A stretch of 56,676 nt of DNA, taken from Sulfurimonadaceae bacterium (GTDB taxonomy: Bacteria; Campylobacterota; Campylobacteria; Campylobacterales; Sulfurimonadaceae). Below, in pieces: positions 10,795 through 20,928 of this stretch (the stretch's first letter is position 1; each line of letters begins with the position of its first letter). The notes beneath the pieces were generated by a model. It was not told the DNA's origin. It saw nothing but the letters and a program-made list of their open reading frames with translations, and made no database searches. The stretch is taken from NCBI GenBank assembly GCA_041546465.1, contig JBFEWG010000001.1, positions 1 through 56,676 of the forward strand, read 5' to 3'. Position numbers and translations under genes: made by a program.

Positions 10795-11408
10795 TAGATA
10801 TCATCAATGCCAAGTTCATTACTTCTGCTCCTTCAATTAAACTTGCTCCTCCGGAGGATGTAACGGAAGTTGCTTTCTTGGCACGTTCCAACGTTGGGAA
10901 AAGTTCCTTGTTGAATTCCTTGGTCAATCATAAGGGTATGGCAAAAGTATCAGCCACTCCGGGTAAGACGCAGCTTATTAATTTTTTTCATGTCGAGTTT
11001 CGTGACAAGGACACAGATATACGGAAAGAGGCACGTTTGGTTGACCTTCCGGGGTTCGGGTATGCCAAAGTCTCCAAGAGTATCAAGTCCCAATGGCAAA
11101 AAAGTCTGACACAGTTCATTGCTGAACGAGAACAGATAAAGTTGTTTATTCATCTAATCGATGCACGCCATCCGGATCTTGAGATAGATGCTGATGTTGA
11201 TACCTACCTTGAAGACATACTTGAAGAAGACCAGGTTCTGCTTCACGTCTTTACCAAGATGGATAAGCTAAATCAAAAGGAGTTGGGTGTACTTCGAAAA
11301 AAATATCCGGGTGCGTTAATGGTGTCAAATACCAAAAAACGAGGTATTGACAAGCTTACACAAGTTATTTATGAAATACTTTTTGACGAAGAAGGGCTTG
11401 ATGATTGA
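10791..11408 (+). CDS. yihA: ribosome biogenesis GTP-binding protein YihA/EngB
   Basis: 205 aa; G1 ARSNVGKSSLLNSL, G3 DLPGFGYA, G4 TKMDK. Confidence 0.9.
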   Translation: MIDIINAKFITSAPSIKLAPPEDVTEVAFLARSNVGKSSLLNSLVNHKGMAKVSATPGKTQLINFFHVEFRDKDTDIRKEARLVDLPGFGYAKVSKSIKSQWQKSLTQFIAEREQIKLFIHLIDARHPDLEIDADVDTYLEDILEEDQVLLHVFTKMDKLNQKELGVLRKKYPGALMVSNTKKRGIDKLTQVIYEILFDEEGLDD

Positions 11409-11859
11409 ATATGTAAAAGCCAATCTATCTCATGTGAATGAGATGCAGGCATTGGTGCAGCCCTATGTTGATGACGGTACCATCTTGATGCGTTCATCGG
11501 ATGAGATTGCTACGAACATACGATCATACACTTTGGCATTTAAGGAGAAGAGGCTTATAGGGTTTGTCGCATTACATGTCCATACTGTGCTCCTTGCTGA
11601 AATCAGGAGCCTCATCGTCGATGCCGATGAGAGAGATAAAGGAGTTGGTAAAGAGTTGGTGTCCATGGCATTGGAAGAGGGCAGAAAACTGGGTCTTCAG
11701 GAGGTGCTTGTATTGACATACAAGCAATCTTTTTTTGAAAAGTTGGGCTTTACAGTCATACCTAAAGAATCTCTGCCTGAACACAAAATCTGGGCAGATT
11801 GCATCAAATGTATACATTTTCCTCTATGCAACGAAGTTTCACTGATCAAAAAATATTAA
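11401..11859 (+). CDS. GNAT-family N-acetyltransferase (short ArgA-like)
   Basis: ATG at 11401 (MIEYVKANL...) overlaps yihA stop by 8 nt; acetyl-CoA motif RDKGVGKELV; ORF track 5' extension (11347) rejected. Confidence 0.75.
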   Translation: MIEYVKANLSHVNEMQALVQPYVDDGTILMRSSDEIATNIRSYTLAFKEKRLIGFVALHVHTVLLAEIRSLIVDADERDKGVGKELVSMALEEGRKLGLQEVLVLTYKQSFFEKLGFTVIPKESLPEHKIWADCIKCIHFPLCNEVSLIKKY

Positions 11860-12278
11860 ACAGGATTGGCATCGCAATTGCCTTTGTCCTGTATCAGAGC
11901 CTGAGCAGTATCTATCTATTATTACCACCTTTGTTAGGCGTTCTTTTTTTCTATTTTATTCGTGCTATGGAAAATGAAGATGTCGGTGCCTTGGCCTTTG
12001 TAATTGTATTGTTACTTGTATTTGAAGCTGAAAAAGGATTTCTTCTCTTCAGTGCTTTGGTTTATTTTACTTTTGTCTACCGTTTTGTCATACCAAGACT
12101 TCGTGTCATGATCAGTTGTGAGATATGTTTGAAAGTATTTTTCCTCTTTCTGGCTTATCCTGGTTTTATTCTTTACTCCTATGTCCTAAATCAGGTTCTG
12201 TGGGTAGAAACACCAAGTGTTGATTGGCATATTGTCTACTACATGTTTTTTGAATTCTTTTTGGTACTTGGCCTATGA
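11826..12278 (+). CDS. polytopic membrane protein, possible MreD-like rod-shape protein (start uncertain)
   Basis: about 150-aa hydrophobic ORF with 4-5 predicted TM segments; 4-nt overlap with the downstream PBP2 gene, the usual position of mreD. No sequence motif recognised. Confidence 0.35.
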   Translation: MQRSFTDQKILNRIGIAIAFVLYQSLSSIYLLLPPLLGVLFFYFIRAMENEDVGALAFVIVLLLVFEAEKGFLLFSALVYFTFVYRFVIPRLRVMISCEICLKVFFLFLAYPGFILYSYVLNQVLWVETPSVDWHIVYYMFFEFFLVLGL

Positions 12279-14062
12279 GAACAAAGTTTATTTTAATCAT
12301 TTTCGTGTTGGTTTGGGTTTCATTGTTAGTGCGTATATATTACCTCTCCATACAATCAAATAACTATTATGATGCAATGGCAAACAAAAACACTATCAAG
12401 TTTGAGTATATACCTCCTATCCGAGGTGAGATACTGGATAGAAACAACCAGCCTCTCGCAATCAATAAACTTGGGTTCAAGCTTCAGGTTGCACCGCATA
12501 TATCGATTAAAAACGGAGATTTAGATAGAGAACTGAATGCAATCGTTACAATGTTTCCGTTTTTAAAGACAGAAGAACTGAAAAAGACATATATCAAAAG
12601 AGACTCTTACTATAACCACCATTATATCAATGTTGTGGATTTTATCTCGTATGAAGATGCAATCCCTGTGTATTCAAAGATGAATTTGAATGAAAATATA
12701 AAACTTCTGCCTTCACCTAAACGTTATTATCCAAACAAAAAACTTGCAGCACACATCATTGGGTATGTCGCAAAATCAAACAAAGAGGATATTGAAGGCA
12801 ATCTCGTTGCCAAGCTAACAGGTTCGACAGGAAAAAGTGGGATAGAGAAGTTTTATAACGATTTTCTTCAGGGTGAGGCAGGTGAGCGGGAGATTAAAGT
12901 CAGTGCCTATAATGAAGAGATGGAACAGCTGAATTTCAAACCCCCAAGAGAGCACCAGCGCCTGGTACTTACGCTTGACCTTCGATTACAAAAATACCTT
13001 GAGGAATACTTCAAAGATAAGGCCGGAGCTGTTGTTGTTATGGATATATACGGCGCCATCATAGCAGCTGGATCATACCCTGAATATGATCTCAATACCT
13101 TTGTATCAGGGATTTCTACTTCAAAATGGAAAAGTTTGATCGACGATCTCGATAAGCCTTTTACAAACAAACTTGTCAATGGTCTCTATCCACCTGGTTC
13201 AACAATCAAAACAGGACTGGGATTGGCATATGTCACAACACCAAAGATGAGCCCATGGACAAAATTTGACTGTGCGGGCGAAATGACCCTGGGAAAAAAC
13301 AACAGAAAGTTCCGTTGCTGGAAGCATGAAGGACATCAGGAAACTGATTTGATCAAGGCAATACGTGAAAGTTGTGATATATATTTTTACAAAGGCAGTT
13401 TGCGTGTCGGTATAGCAGAAATGTCTGATCAGCTTATGAACTTTGGACTGGGTAAAAAGACAGGTGTTGATCTGCCTAATGAATACTTTGGTACGGTTCC
13501 GAGTCGTAACTGGAAAATGCAAAAATATGGAAAACCCTGGTATATAGGTGAAACATTGAACTCATCTATCGGACAGGGTGATTTTCTCGTCACACCAATG
13601 CAGATTTCCCAATTTACAGCTTTGATGGCAACGGGTAAACTGCCGACACCTCACTTTTCAAAACAGAAGGGTGACGAATTCTATGTACCGATCCTGGAAG
13701 ATGTTTTAAGTGAAAAACAGAAGAAGCAGTTGCCGTTGATACAGCGAGCCATGCGAGAAGTGTGTAACCATCCAAAGGGAACGGCGACGCAGTACTTGCA
13801 CTCCAAGGTCAAGATTGCAGGTAAGACCGGAACAGCTCAGGTTATCGGTATTTCACAAAAGACCAAAAAACGTTTAAAAGAGCATGAATTGGCATATGTC
13901 AAGCGTTCTCATGCCTGGTTTACCACTTATGGCCCTTACAAAAACCCGCAATATATTGTGACGGCACTTATAGAGCATGGAGGCCACGGTGGCCAAGCAG
14001 CCGGGCCTTTGGTCTCTGGCATTTATAATAAACTCTTGGAATATGGGTACATAGAAAAGTAA
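12275..14062 (+). CDS. mrdA: penicillin-binding protein 2 (elongation transpeptidase)
   Basis: 595 aa; N-terminal TM helix; SxxK = PPGSTIKT; KTGTAQV motif; PBP dimerisation domain. Confidence 0.92.
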   Translation: MRTKFILIIFVLVWVSLLVRIYYLSIQSNNYYDAMANKNTIKFEYIPPIRGEILDRNNQPLAINKLGFKLQVAPHISIKNGDLDRELNAIVTMFPFLKTEELKKTYIKRDSYYNHHYINVVDFISYEDAIPVYSKMNLNENIKLLPSPKRYYPNKKLAAHIIGYVAKSNKEDIEGNLVAKLTGSTGKSGIEKFYNDFLQGEAGEREIKVSAYNEEMEQLNFKPPREHQRLVLTLDLRLQKYLEEYFKDKAGAVVVMDIYGAIIAAGSYPEYDLNTFVSGISTSKWKSLIDDLDKPFTNKLVNGLYPPGSTIKTGLGLAYVTTPKMSPWTKFDCAGEMTLGKNNRKFRCWKHEGHQETDLIKAIRESCDIYFYKGSLRVGIAEMSDQLMNFGLGKKTGVDLPNEYFGTVPSRNWKMQKYGKPWYIGETLNSSIGQGDFLVTPMQISQFTALMATGKLPTPHFSKQKGDEFYVPILEDVLSEKQKKQLPLIQRAMREVCNHPKGTATQYLHSKVKIAGKTGTAQVIGISQKTKKRLKEHELAYVKRSHAWFTTYGPYKNPQYIVTALIEHGGHGGQAAGPLVSGIYNKLLEYGYIEK

Positions 14063-14145
14063 TAATGACCACTCTTTTTATTGATCATTATTGAATTGTC
14101 AAATCGAAAATTCCATCCATATCGTGTAATAGAAGAACCTTGTTT

Positions 14146-15081
14146 TTACAGGCTCTGCAAGGCATTGTTTACAAACAAGGCCAGAATAAGCAATAAAAAA
14201 ACTGCCCCCGCTTTATTATAAAGTTTATTAGCCAGGATAAGTAATAATGCAATCGAAGCAGAGATCAAAATACTGATATCAAAAAGGTTTTCTTTTATGC
14301 TTATCATAAGTGGAGAGATTAAAGCAGCACCACCCAAAACCATAGAGAAATTTGCCACATTAGAGCCGATAATATTTCCGATGCTCATGTCAGCGTTACC
14401 TTTTTTAATTGCTACAATGGAAACAACAAGCTCCGGAAGGGATGTACCCAATGAGATCAGGAAAAGCCCTATGATCCATTCACTCACACCAAACATGCGC
14501 GCGATATTACTTGCGCTTTCAATCACAAAATTAGCGCCACCGATGGTCAAAACAAAGCCTACGCCCAATAAAGCAATTGATGTTAACCAGTTAAACTTCT
14601 CTTTGATGAGATCTTCATCAATTTCAGCCTCAAAATCCTCTTTGGATTCGCGAAATAAAAATATAATATAGGCTAACATCAAAAAGATAAACATGAAGCC
14701 TTCAGTACGTGAGACTTCTTTGTCAATACTCATTAGCATGAAGACAACGACTGGCATAATAATCCACGCACTGTCCTTTGCAAAAAGGTCACGTTTTGGA
14801 TTCATTTTTTTAGCAATTAAAAATACGACCCCAAGGACAAGAGTGATATTAAAACTGACACTACCGACGACATTGGCAACCGCCAGATCGCTTTTTCCAT
14901 GATAACTTGCAATCATTGAAGCAGCCATTTCAGGAAGCGAGGTTCCAAAGGCGATAAGTGTCGCTCCAATGACAAAATGAGATATGTCAAAGTGCAAGGC
15001 AATGCGCTCAGACTCTTTAATGATAAAATCAGCACCAAAAATCAGTGCAGACATCGCAGCTAAAAATATAATAAAATCCAC
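14146..15081 (-). CDS. calcium/sodium antiporter (CaCA / YrbG family)
   Basis: 311-aa polytopic ORF with duplicated alpha-repeat GTSLPEMAASM / GTSLPELVVSI. Confidence 0.88.
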   Translation of the reverse strand: MDFIIFLAAMSALIFGADFIIKESERIALHFDISHFVIGATLIAFGTSLPEMAASMIASYHGKSDLAVANVVGSVSFNITLVLGVVFLIAKKMNPKRDLFAKDSAWIIMPVVVFMLMSIDKEVSRTEGFMFIFLMLAYIIFLFRESKEDFEAEIDEDLIKEKFNWLTSIALLGVGFVLTIGGANFVIESASNIARMFGVSEWIIGLFLISLGTSLPELVVSIVAIKKGNADMSIGNIIGSNVANFSMVLGGAALISPLMISIKENLFDISILISASIALLLILANKLYNKAGAVFLLLILALFVNNALQSL

Positions 15082-15503
15082 TATTTCTCCTGTGTACGTA
15101 TAATTAAACTTTTTGGTAGATTGAAGGATTCTATAAGTTCTTGTTCTTTCAAACGCATTTGTCCGTCATCAACTTCATGATCATAGCCAAGCAGATGCAG
15201 CAAACCATGTATGTACAAAAGACAAAGTTCATCATCTTGTGAATGTTTTAGCTCCGCAGAGACAGCCTCAACGTAATCACTGGAGATGACAATACTTCCT
15301 AATGGAGCCATGGGAAGGTTGTCAAATGGGAAACTGAGCACATCAGTCGGTTTGTCGATAGATCTGTATTCAAGATTGATCTTTTGTATCTGGCTGTTGT
15401 CAGTCACAAGGAGATCAACCGATTTGTCTGTTAAGGTTTTCGTAATGAGCTCAAGCGTGTTAATAGGGATGTTTAAATTACTTTGGTTGTCAACTTCAAT
15501 CAT
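15081..15503 (-). CDS. ybeY: rRNA maturation endoribonuclease YbeY
   Basis: 140 aa; zinc motif HGLLHLLGYDH. Confidence 0.92.
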   Translation of the reverse strand: MIEVDNQSNLNIPINTLELITKTLTDKSVDLLVTDNSQIQKINLEYRSIDKPTDVLSFPFDNLPMAPLGSIVISSDYVEAVSAELKHSQDDELCLLYIHGLLHLLGYDHEVDDGQMRLKEQELIESFNLPKSLIIRTQEK

Positions 15504-15609
15504 GAACGTATTTTATCCTGATAAAGTAAAAACAATTTGATATGAAAGAGAGAGTGTGAGTACGCGACTCACAAAAAATTCGTTTTAAATATTGAGTGAC
15601 AAACACACG

Positions 15610-15813
15610 TTAAGCAGTAACATCCAAACCTGTTCCCAGGCCTGTCAAAGCTGCACCTGAGGTTTTTTGCGCCTCTTGAACATTGTCTTGCTGTTTTTGA
15701 AGCTGCTGAGCACTGTCTTCTAATAGTCTAGTAACAGTCTGCTCTTGAATATCTTCAGCTTTTTTAAGGACTTCTACCTGAGTTTGTACTGAAGGTCCGC
15801 TATTGATTTCCAT
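15610..15813 (-). CDS. YjfB-like putative motility protein
   Basis: 67 aa; VEVLKKAEDIQEQTVTRLLE core and Gly-rich ...GLDVTA tail resemble the YjfB_motility family; AAGGA RBS upstream. Confidence 0.5.
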   Translation of the reverse strand: MEINSGPSVQTQVEVLKKAEDIQEQTVTRLLEDSAQQLQKQQDNVQEAQKTSGAALTGLGTGLDVTA

Positions 15814-15977
15814 CTTTATGTCCTTTACGAAGATCTATATTGACTAAGGATATCATAGACAATCTTAGAAATGTATATAAAATATTTTTTACTATCAGGA
15901 TTAATCTTAATAATCAGGAGTGGTTGGTGATAGATTAGTATGGTAGAATAATAAAAAATTTATCAAGGATTGCTCAA

Positions 15978-16514
15978 GTGAAGCATAAATACATCTCTCG
16001 CCGGCTGTTTATAGGCTCTTCACTGGCAATAGGTGTCGGAGTGTTTCTTTCGCTTGAAAAAAGCAAACAGAGTATTAAGATACATGGCAATGATGTTCAG
16101 GTGCTTTTACAGTGCGCTTATCACCTTTTCCCACAATCCAAACTCGGACCAGGTGCAATGGATCTAAATATATCACTGTATTTGTCTCAGGTGTTTGGTG
16201 ATAAAAGGATCATGGAAGAGGATAGACATTATTTTTTGCAAGGTGCAAAATGGCTAGAAGAGAGTGCGTTTGAAGAGTTTGAATCTAGCTTCCTTAATTT
16301 GAGTCAGATGGATAAAGAGAACCTGTTGCAAAAAATAGTTCAATATAGATGGGGAGAGAATTTTGTTTCAACGTTGCTGACGTATATATTTGAAGCGCTT
16401 CTTTCCTCTCCAATCTACGGAACAAACAAGAATGAGATCGGTTGGAAGTGGCTGGGTCATCAGGCCGGCTTCCCTCAGCCACAGAGCAAAGACGAGATAA
16501 GCTATGAAGTATGA
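15978..16514 (+). CDS. gluconate 2-dehydrogenase subunit-3-family protein (Tat signal carrier subunit)
   Basis: 178 aa; GTG start; twin-arginine motif SRRLFIGSSLAIG; overlaps the GMC flavoprotein gene by 11 nt. Confidence 0.7.
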   Translation: MKHKYISRRLFIGSSLAIGVGVFLSLEKSKQSIKIHGNDVQVLLQCAYHLFPQSKLGPGAMDLNISLYLSQVFGDKRIMEEDRHYFLQGAKWLEESAFEEFESSFLNLSQMDKENLLQKIVQYRWGENFVSTLLTYIFEALLSSPIYGTNKNEIGWKWLGHQAGFPQPQSKDEISYEV

Positions 16515-18180
16515 TGTCTGTATAGTCGGAAGTGGGGCAGGAGCAGGCCCGGTTGCATATGAACTCTCCAAAGCAGGATACAAAGTTGTCGTCCTGGAAA
16601 AAGGTGGTTGGTATAAGAGAGATGACTTTTTTAAAGATGAGATAGGTGTATGCAGGCGTTCTACGTTTACACCGCTATTGCATGAAGAACAACATGTCAT
16701 CGAGGAAAAAGTAGACAATAATTGGGAAGCCTTATCTACGTCTGAGTCAGGTTGGGACTTCTGGAATGGTAATATTGTCGGTGGTTCATCAAATTTTATG
16801 AGCGGCTATTTTCATCGGATGAAGCCTAAAGATTTTGCTTTAAAATCCGAATATGGAGATATAAAAGGCGCTAATATTATTGACTGGCCTATTGATTATG
16901 AAGAGCTCGAACCTTATTACGCAAAGGTCGAAACGACGGTGGGGATATCGGGAAAGGTTGTTGATCATCCCCATCTTGAACCACGCTCAACTCAGGATTA
17001 TCCTTATGTACCTACAATCGAGCATGTTATATCCTCGTGGTTTGACAGGGCCTGTAAAAATCAGAAACTATATTCCATACCTACTGCAAGGGCCGTGCTC
17101 TCTTCAAATGAAGGTGATAGAAAGTCCTGTGAGTATGCCGGTTATTGCGGTAGTTACGGATGTGCAACGGGTGCAAAGGGAAGTTCGAGAGAGGCTCTTT
17201 TGAATAAGGCCCTTAAAACAGGCAATTGTAAGATTATTCCGCATGCCTTTGTCAAAAAGCTCGATAGTGATGAGAAAAGAGTTTTAGCTGCAGAGTATAT
17301 CGATAAAGAAGGCATTGTTCACTCTGTTGATGCACGCATATATGTTGTCGCCGCCCAGGCCATTGAGAGCTCACGACTATTGTTGAATTCGGCGAACAGG
17401 TTTTTCCCAAATGGATTGGCTAACAACTCTTCACAAGTCGGGAAAAACCTCATATTTTCTGCAGGTGGGAGTGGAACGGGAGCATTTTATTATGATGACT
17501 TTTCTGTCGAAGATGCTAATGCGCTTAAAAGTGTAGGCCCCTTTGTCAATCGTTCTTTGCAGGATTGGTATGAATTTCTCTCTGATGAAAAAGGTGAAAT
17601 TATCAAAGGGGGTACAATCGACTTTCTCTTCGAGCACCCTAATGCAGTATCCCGTGCCAAACGGGCTATGTATGACGGTGAGCTGGTCTGGGGAGATGCC
17701 TTGAAAGATCGTCTGTTACACCATTTTAAAAAGAGACGGATTTTTACCTTTGAAGTGTTTTGTGACTGGACACCACATGATGACTGCTTTGTCAGTCTGG
17801 ATGAACAAGTAAAAGACAAGTGGGGAATGCCTGTAGCCAAAGTCAGAATCGGTGCACATCCATATGATAAAAGTGTGGGTAGATATATGGCGGAAAAGGC
17901 AGAGCATGTCTTAAAAGAGATGGGTGCACGCGAAATAAGTTCGCATATTACAGAGACTCCACCTCAAAACCTTCAGGCCGGAGGCTGCCGTTTTGGTAAT
18001 GACCCAAAGACATCTGTATTAAACAGGGATTGCCGGGCACATGAACTTGAGAACCTGTATGTCAGCGATGGAAGTTTTATGCCGACAGGTGGGAGTGTAC
18101 CGTTTACATGGACGATATATGCCAATGCTTTTCGAGTGGCTGATGTTATTATCAAAGAACTAAAAGAGGAGAAGGCATGA
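16504..18180 (+). CDS. GMC-family FAD oxidoreductase (gluconate-dehydrogenase-like large subunit)
   Basis: 558 aa; FAD fold [32 protein letters not shown]; GMC C-terminal domain; no signal peptide of its own. Confidence 0.9.
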   Translation: MKYDVCIVGSGAGAGPVAYELSKAGYKVVVLEKGGWYKRDDFFKDEIGVCRRSTFTPLLHEEQHVIEEKVDNNWEALSTSESGWDFWNGNIVGGSSNFMSGYFHRMKPKDFALKSEYGDIKGANIIDWPIDYEELEPYYAKVETTVGISGKVVDHPHLEPRSTQDYPYVPTIEHVISSWFDRACKNQKLYSIPTARAVLSSNEGDRKSCEYAGYCGSYGCATGAKGSSREALLNKALKTGNCKIIPHAFVKKLDSDEKRVLAAEYIDKEGIVHSVDARIYVVAAQAIESSRLLLNSANRFFPNGLANNSSQVGKNLIFSAGGSGTGAFYYDDFSVEDANALKSVGPFVNRSLQDWYEFLSDEKGEIIKGGTIDFLFEHPNAVSRAKRAMYDGELVWGDALKDRLLHHFKKRRIFTFEVFCDWTPHDDCFVSLDEQVKDKWGMPVAKVRIGAHPYDKSVGRYMAEKAEHVLKEMGAREISSHITETPPQNLQAGGCRFGNDPKTSVLNRDCRAHELENLYVSDGSFMPTGGSVPFTWTIYANAFRVADVIIKELKEEKA

Positions 18181-18842
18181 GTAAAAAAGCCGTATGTATA
18201 ATGAGTGGGGGTATGGACTCAACATTAGCTGCCTATATGATGAAGGCTGAAGGGTATGATATCATCGGGTTGCATTTTAATTATGAACAACGAACCCAGA
18301 CAAAAGAACTGGCATCATTTAAGGCTATCTGCAATGAACTTGATGTGGACAATCCTTATATCGTTAATCTTGATTTCTTCTCTGATATCGGGGCATCGGC
18401 TTTAACGGATAAGAGTATTGATGTGCCCGTCACCGGAATTGAGGAAGGTGTTCCTATTACCTATGTGCCATTTAGAAACGGTATATTTATTTCAATTGCT
18501 ACAGCAATAGCTGAAAAAGAAGGTGCGGCTGTATTAAGTATTGGTGTCGTTGAAGAGGACAGCAGCGGTTACCCGGACTGCAGGGAAGAGTATATCACTT
18601 CGATGCAAAAGAGCATAAACCTTGGTACAAAAGATGAGACGAGACTGGAAATAAAAATGCCTCTTGTTCATTTGAAAAAATCAGAGATCGTCAGAAAATC
18701 ACTTGAACTTGATGTACCTTTGGGATTGACTTGGAGCTGTTATCAAAGTGATGATAAAGCCTGTGGCGTATGTGACAGCTGTCGACTGCGTCTAAACGGT
18801 TTCAAGCAGGCAGGGGCAACAGATCCGATACCTTATGTTTGA
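18177..18842 (+). CDS. queC: 7-cyano-7-deazaguanine synthase
   Basis: 221 aa; PP-loop SGGMDS; C-terminal zinc cysteines [18 protein letters not shown]; ATGA overlap with the GMC gene. Confidence 0.93.
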   Translation: MSKKAVCIMSGGMDSTLAAYMMKAEGYDIIGLHFNYEQRTQTKELASFKAICNELDVDNPYIVNLDFFSDIGASALTDKSIDVPVTGIEEGVPITYVPFRNGIFISIATAIAEKEGAAVLSIGVVEEDSSGYPDCREEYITSMQKSINLGTKDETRLEIKMPLVHLKKSEIVRKSLELDVPLGLTWSCYQSDDKACGVCDSCRLRLNGFKQAGATDPIPYV

Positions 18843-19521
18843 TCTTTTAACATCCTCAGCAACCTTATCGAGTATCACCTTAGATGAAACCTGTTTTGAT
18901 ATAAGACATCAGAAACGTAAGAATATGAAACGTATAGTGCTGCGCGTGGAAAAAGAGAATGAAATATGTCTCAGCAGCTCTTCACGGGTTTCAAAGAGAG
19001 CTTTAAAAGCTTTTATTATTGAACAAAAAGAGTGGATCCTGGCTAGGAACCTCACTTTGAATGCACCGTTTTCAGCCGGATCGGATTTTTATTATCTTGG
19101 AAAAGCTTTTGTTGTTGCGCATCATGATAGAGCACTAAAGGTGGACGAGCATCGTGTTTTGATTGATCCGGAAAGATCAAAGAAGCAGAGCGACGATTTT
19201 TACAAATCAGCGGCCAAGGCCTATCTTCCCGCACGTGTAGAATATTGGAGTCAGAAGATGGATCTTGAATTTGGTGTCTTGAAGTTTCGTCTTGCCAAAC
19301 GAAGATGGGGGAGCTGCAGCAGTAAGAAGGTGATAACATTGAACCCATATGTGATGAAATTGGATCATAAGATGATTGATTATGTTATCGTACATGAGCT
19401 GGCACATCTAAGACATATGAATCATTCAAAAGTGTTTTATGCTTTGGTGGAAAAGTACCTGCCAAATCACAGGTCAATACAACAAGAAATCAACCTGTTG
19501 TCTGCCAAATTAAACAACTGA
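18835..19521 (+). CDS. M48-family metallopeptidase (YgjP/DUF45-like)
   Basis: 228 aa; [12 protein letters not shown] (HExxH) near the C-terminus. Confidence 0.85.
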   Translation: MFDLLTSSATLSSITLDETCFDIRHQKRKNMKRIVLRVEKENEICLSSSSRVSKRALKAFIIEQKEWILARNLTLNAPFSAGSDFYYLGKAFVVAHHDRALKVDEHRVLIDPERSKKQSDDFYKSAAKAYLPARVEYWSQKMDLEFGVLKFRLAKRRWGSCSSKKVITLNPYVMKLDHKMIDYVIVHELAHLRHMNHSKVFYALVEKYLPNHRSIQQEINLLSAKLNN

Positions 19522-19522
19522 A

Positions 19523-20827
19523 TTAGGGTATGTAATCAATTTCTTCTTGTCTAAAACAGTAAGTAGGTTTGATTGCATTGTTGACAGTGGGTAAGACCGG
19601 ATAGTTGCAAGTGATATCCTGCAGGCCCTTTTCGTTGAACCGGCTTGAAGGGTTCCACAGCATCCAGCCACTGCAAGAAGCGTTTTGTGCGCCTTTTATT
19701 TGGGCTGCGACCTCTTTGGAGCGAAAAAACTTGCGGTCATAGCCGTAGTCTTTAAATGATTGAAGCCATGGCCTGAAACGCAAAGATGATATCTCTGACT
19801 TTTTCAGTGCCTCGTTAATGCTCGCATGGATGATCTCGTAGGGGTGATCGGTTGGGTTTTTAAAACCTAAAATCCCAGGGCCGAAACCTGAAGGGTAGAG
19901 CATAGGTGCAATATAATCACTGTATTGGGAGAGGCTATGAATAGTATGTCCGATGCTGGTGTCATTATCGTTCCAGCAGACGTATCCAAAGGTATCTACA
20001 GAGGTGTATACATTATAGGGCTGAAGCGCCTTGTTTGCTGTCTGCAAAAAGTTTGAAATGGCTGATACCCTGTTGGCTTGTGTGGACTTTTTTTGATAGG
20101 CCAACCCTTTTCTTAAGGGGAAACGGACATAATCAAAGTTTATCTCATCAAACCCTCTTGATGCAGCATCTGCAGCGATAGATGCCACATACTCATGCAC
20201 TTTTGTCTCAAAAGGATCAACCCAGGCAAGTTGTTCTTTATTTCTCCAGATCTCTCCATCGAGGGTTTTAAGTGCATAAGTTTTATTATTACTGGCGAGT
20301 CTCTCATCTTTAAATACTGCAATCCGTCCGATCACATAGAGACCGTTGTCTTTTAAACGTTTGATGAACTTTTCGATATTGAATATTCTGCGGTTTTGAT
20401 GAGCACCTATCTTCTTGGCAAGCTGTACATCACTCATATACGAGATGTCACCATAGACATTTTTTATATCGACAATGACGGTGTTGATCTCTGTCTCATC
20501 GGCTAGCTTTAAAATGCGATCGATATATTTTTTTGAACCGGCTGCCCAAAATGATACATAGAGTGCTTTCGGTGTAAAAGGTTCAAGTAGGACGGTTGTC
20601 GTTTCAGTGTCAATACTACGCTGCCGATAGCCGTAGGCTTTAATATAAAAATGCGTATTTAACAGTTCATGTGAAGCCTCTCCGTCAGCACTGCTTTTAA
20701 CCGTGCTTTCCTGGTTGCTTATCAGTGCCCCCTTGATTGGTAGAAGGGTTTCCTTGTCAAGGATACGCACAGTATGGACTGAACCGTAAAGGCTGACAGC
20801 CGTTAAAAAAAATAAAAAATATCTCAT
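19523..20827 (-). CDS. secreted putative glycoside hydrolase (GHL/DUF4015-like TIM barrel)
   Basis: 434 aa; signal peptide; NTVIVDIKN..., FDEINFDYVRFP and WMLWNP segments resemble the uncharacterised GH-like family. Confidence 0.6.
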   Translation of the reverse strand: MRYFLFFLTAVSLYGSVHTVRILDKETLLPIKGALISNQESTVKSSADGEASHELLNTHFYIKAYGYRQRSIDTETTTVLLEPFTPKALYVSFWAAGSKKYIDRILKLADETEINTVIVDIKNVYGDISYMSDVQLAKKIGAHQNRRIFNIEKFIKRLKDNGLYVIGRIAVFKDERLASNNKTYALKTLDGEIWRNKEQLAWVDPFETKVHEYVASIAADAASRGFDEINFDYVRFPLRKGLAYQKKSTQANRVSAISNFLQTANKALQPYNVYTSVDTFGYVCWNDNDTSIGHTIHSLSQYSDYIAPMLYPSGFGPGILGFKNPTDHPYEIIHASINEALKKSEISSLRFRPWLQSFKDYGYDRKFFRSKEVAAQIKGAQNASCSGWMLWNPSSRFNEKGLQDITCNYPVLPTVNNAIKPTYCFRQEEIDYIP

Positions 20828-20928
20828 AAATTCTCATCGTCTTGTATAATATATAAAAAGCAATATCCATGCCATATAGACTTATGCTATAATTCGTGAA
20901 ATTGTAGCGGATATTTTGAGGTTTTATA

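Noticed and set aside
15555-15573. Hairpin TGTGAGT-acgcg-ACTCACA between ybeY and the YjfB-like gene, considered as a terminator
   Set aside because: On the minus strand the T-run precedes the stem rather than following it, and on the plus strand an A-run follows. It is not a canonical intrinsic terminator in either orientation.
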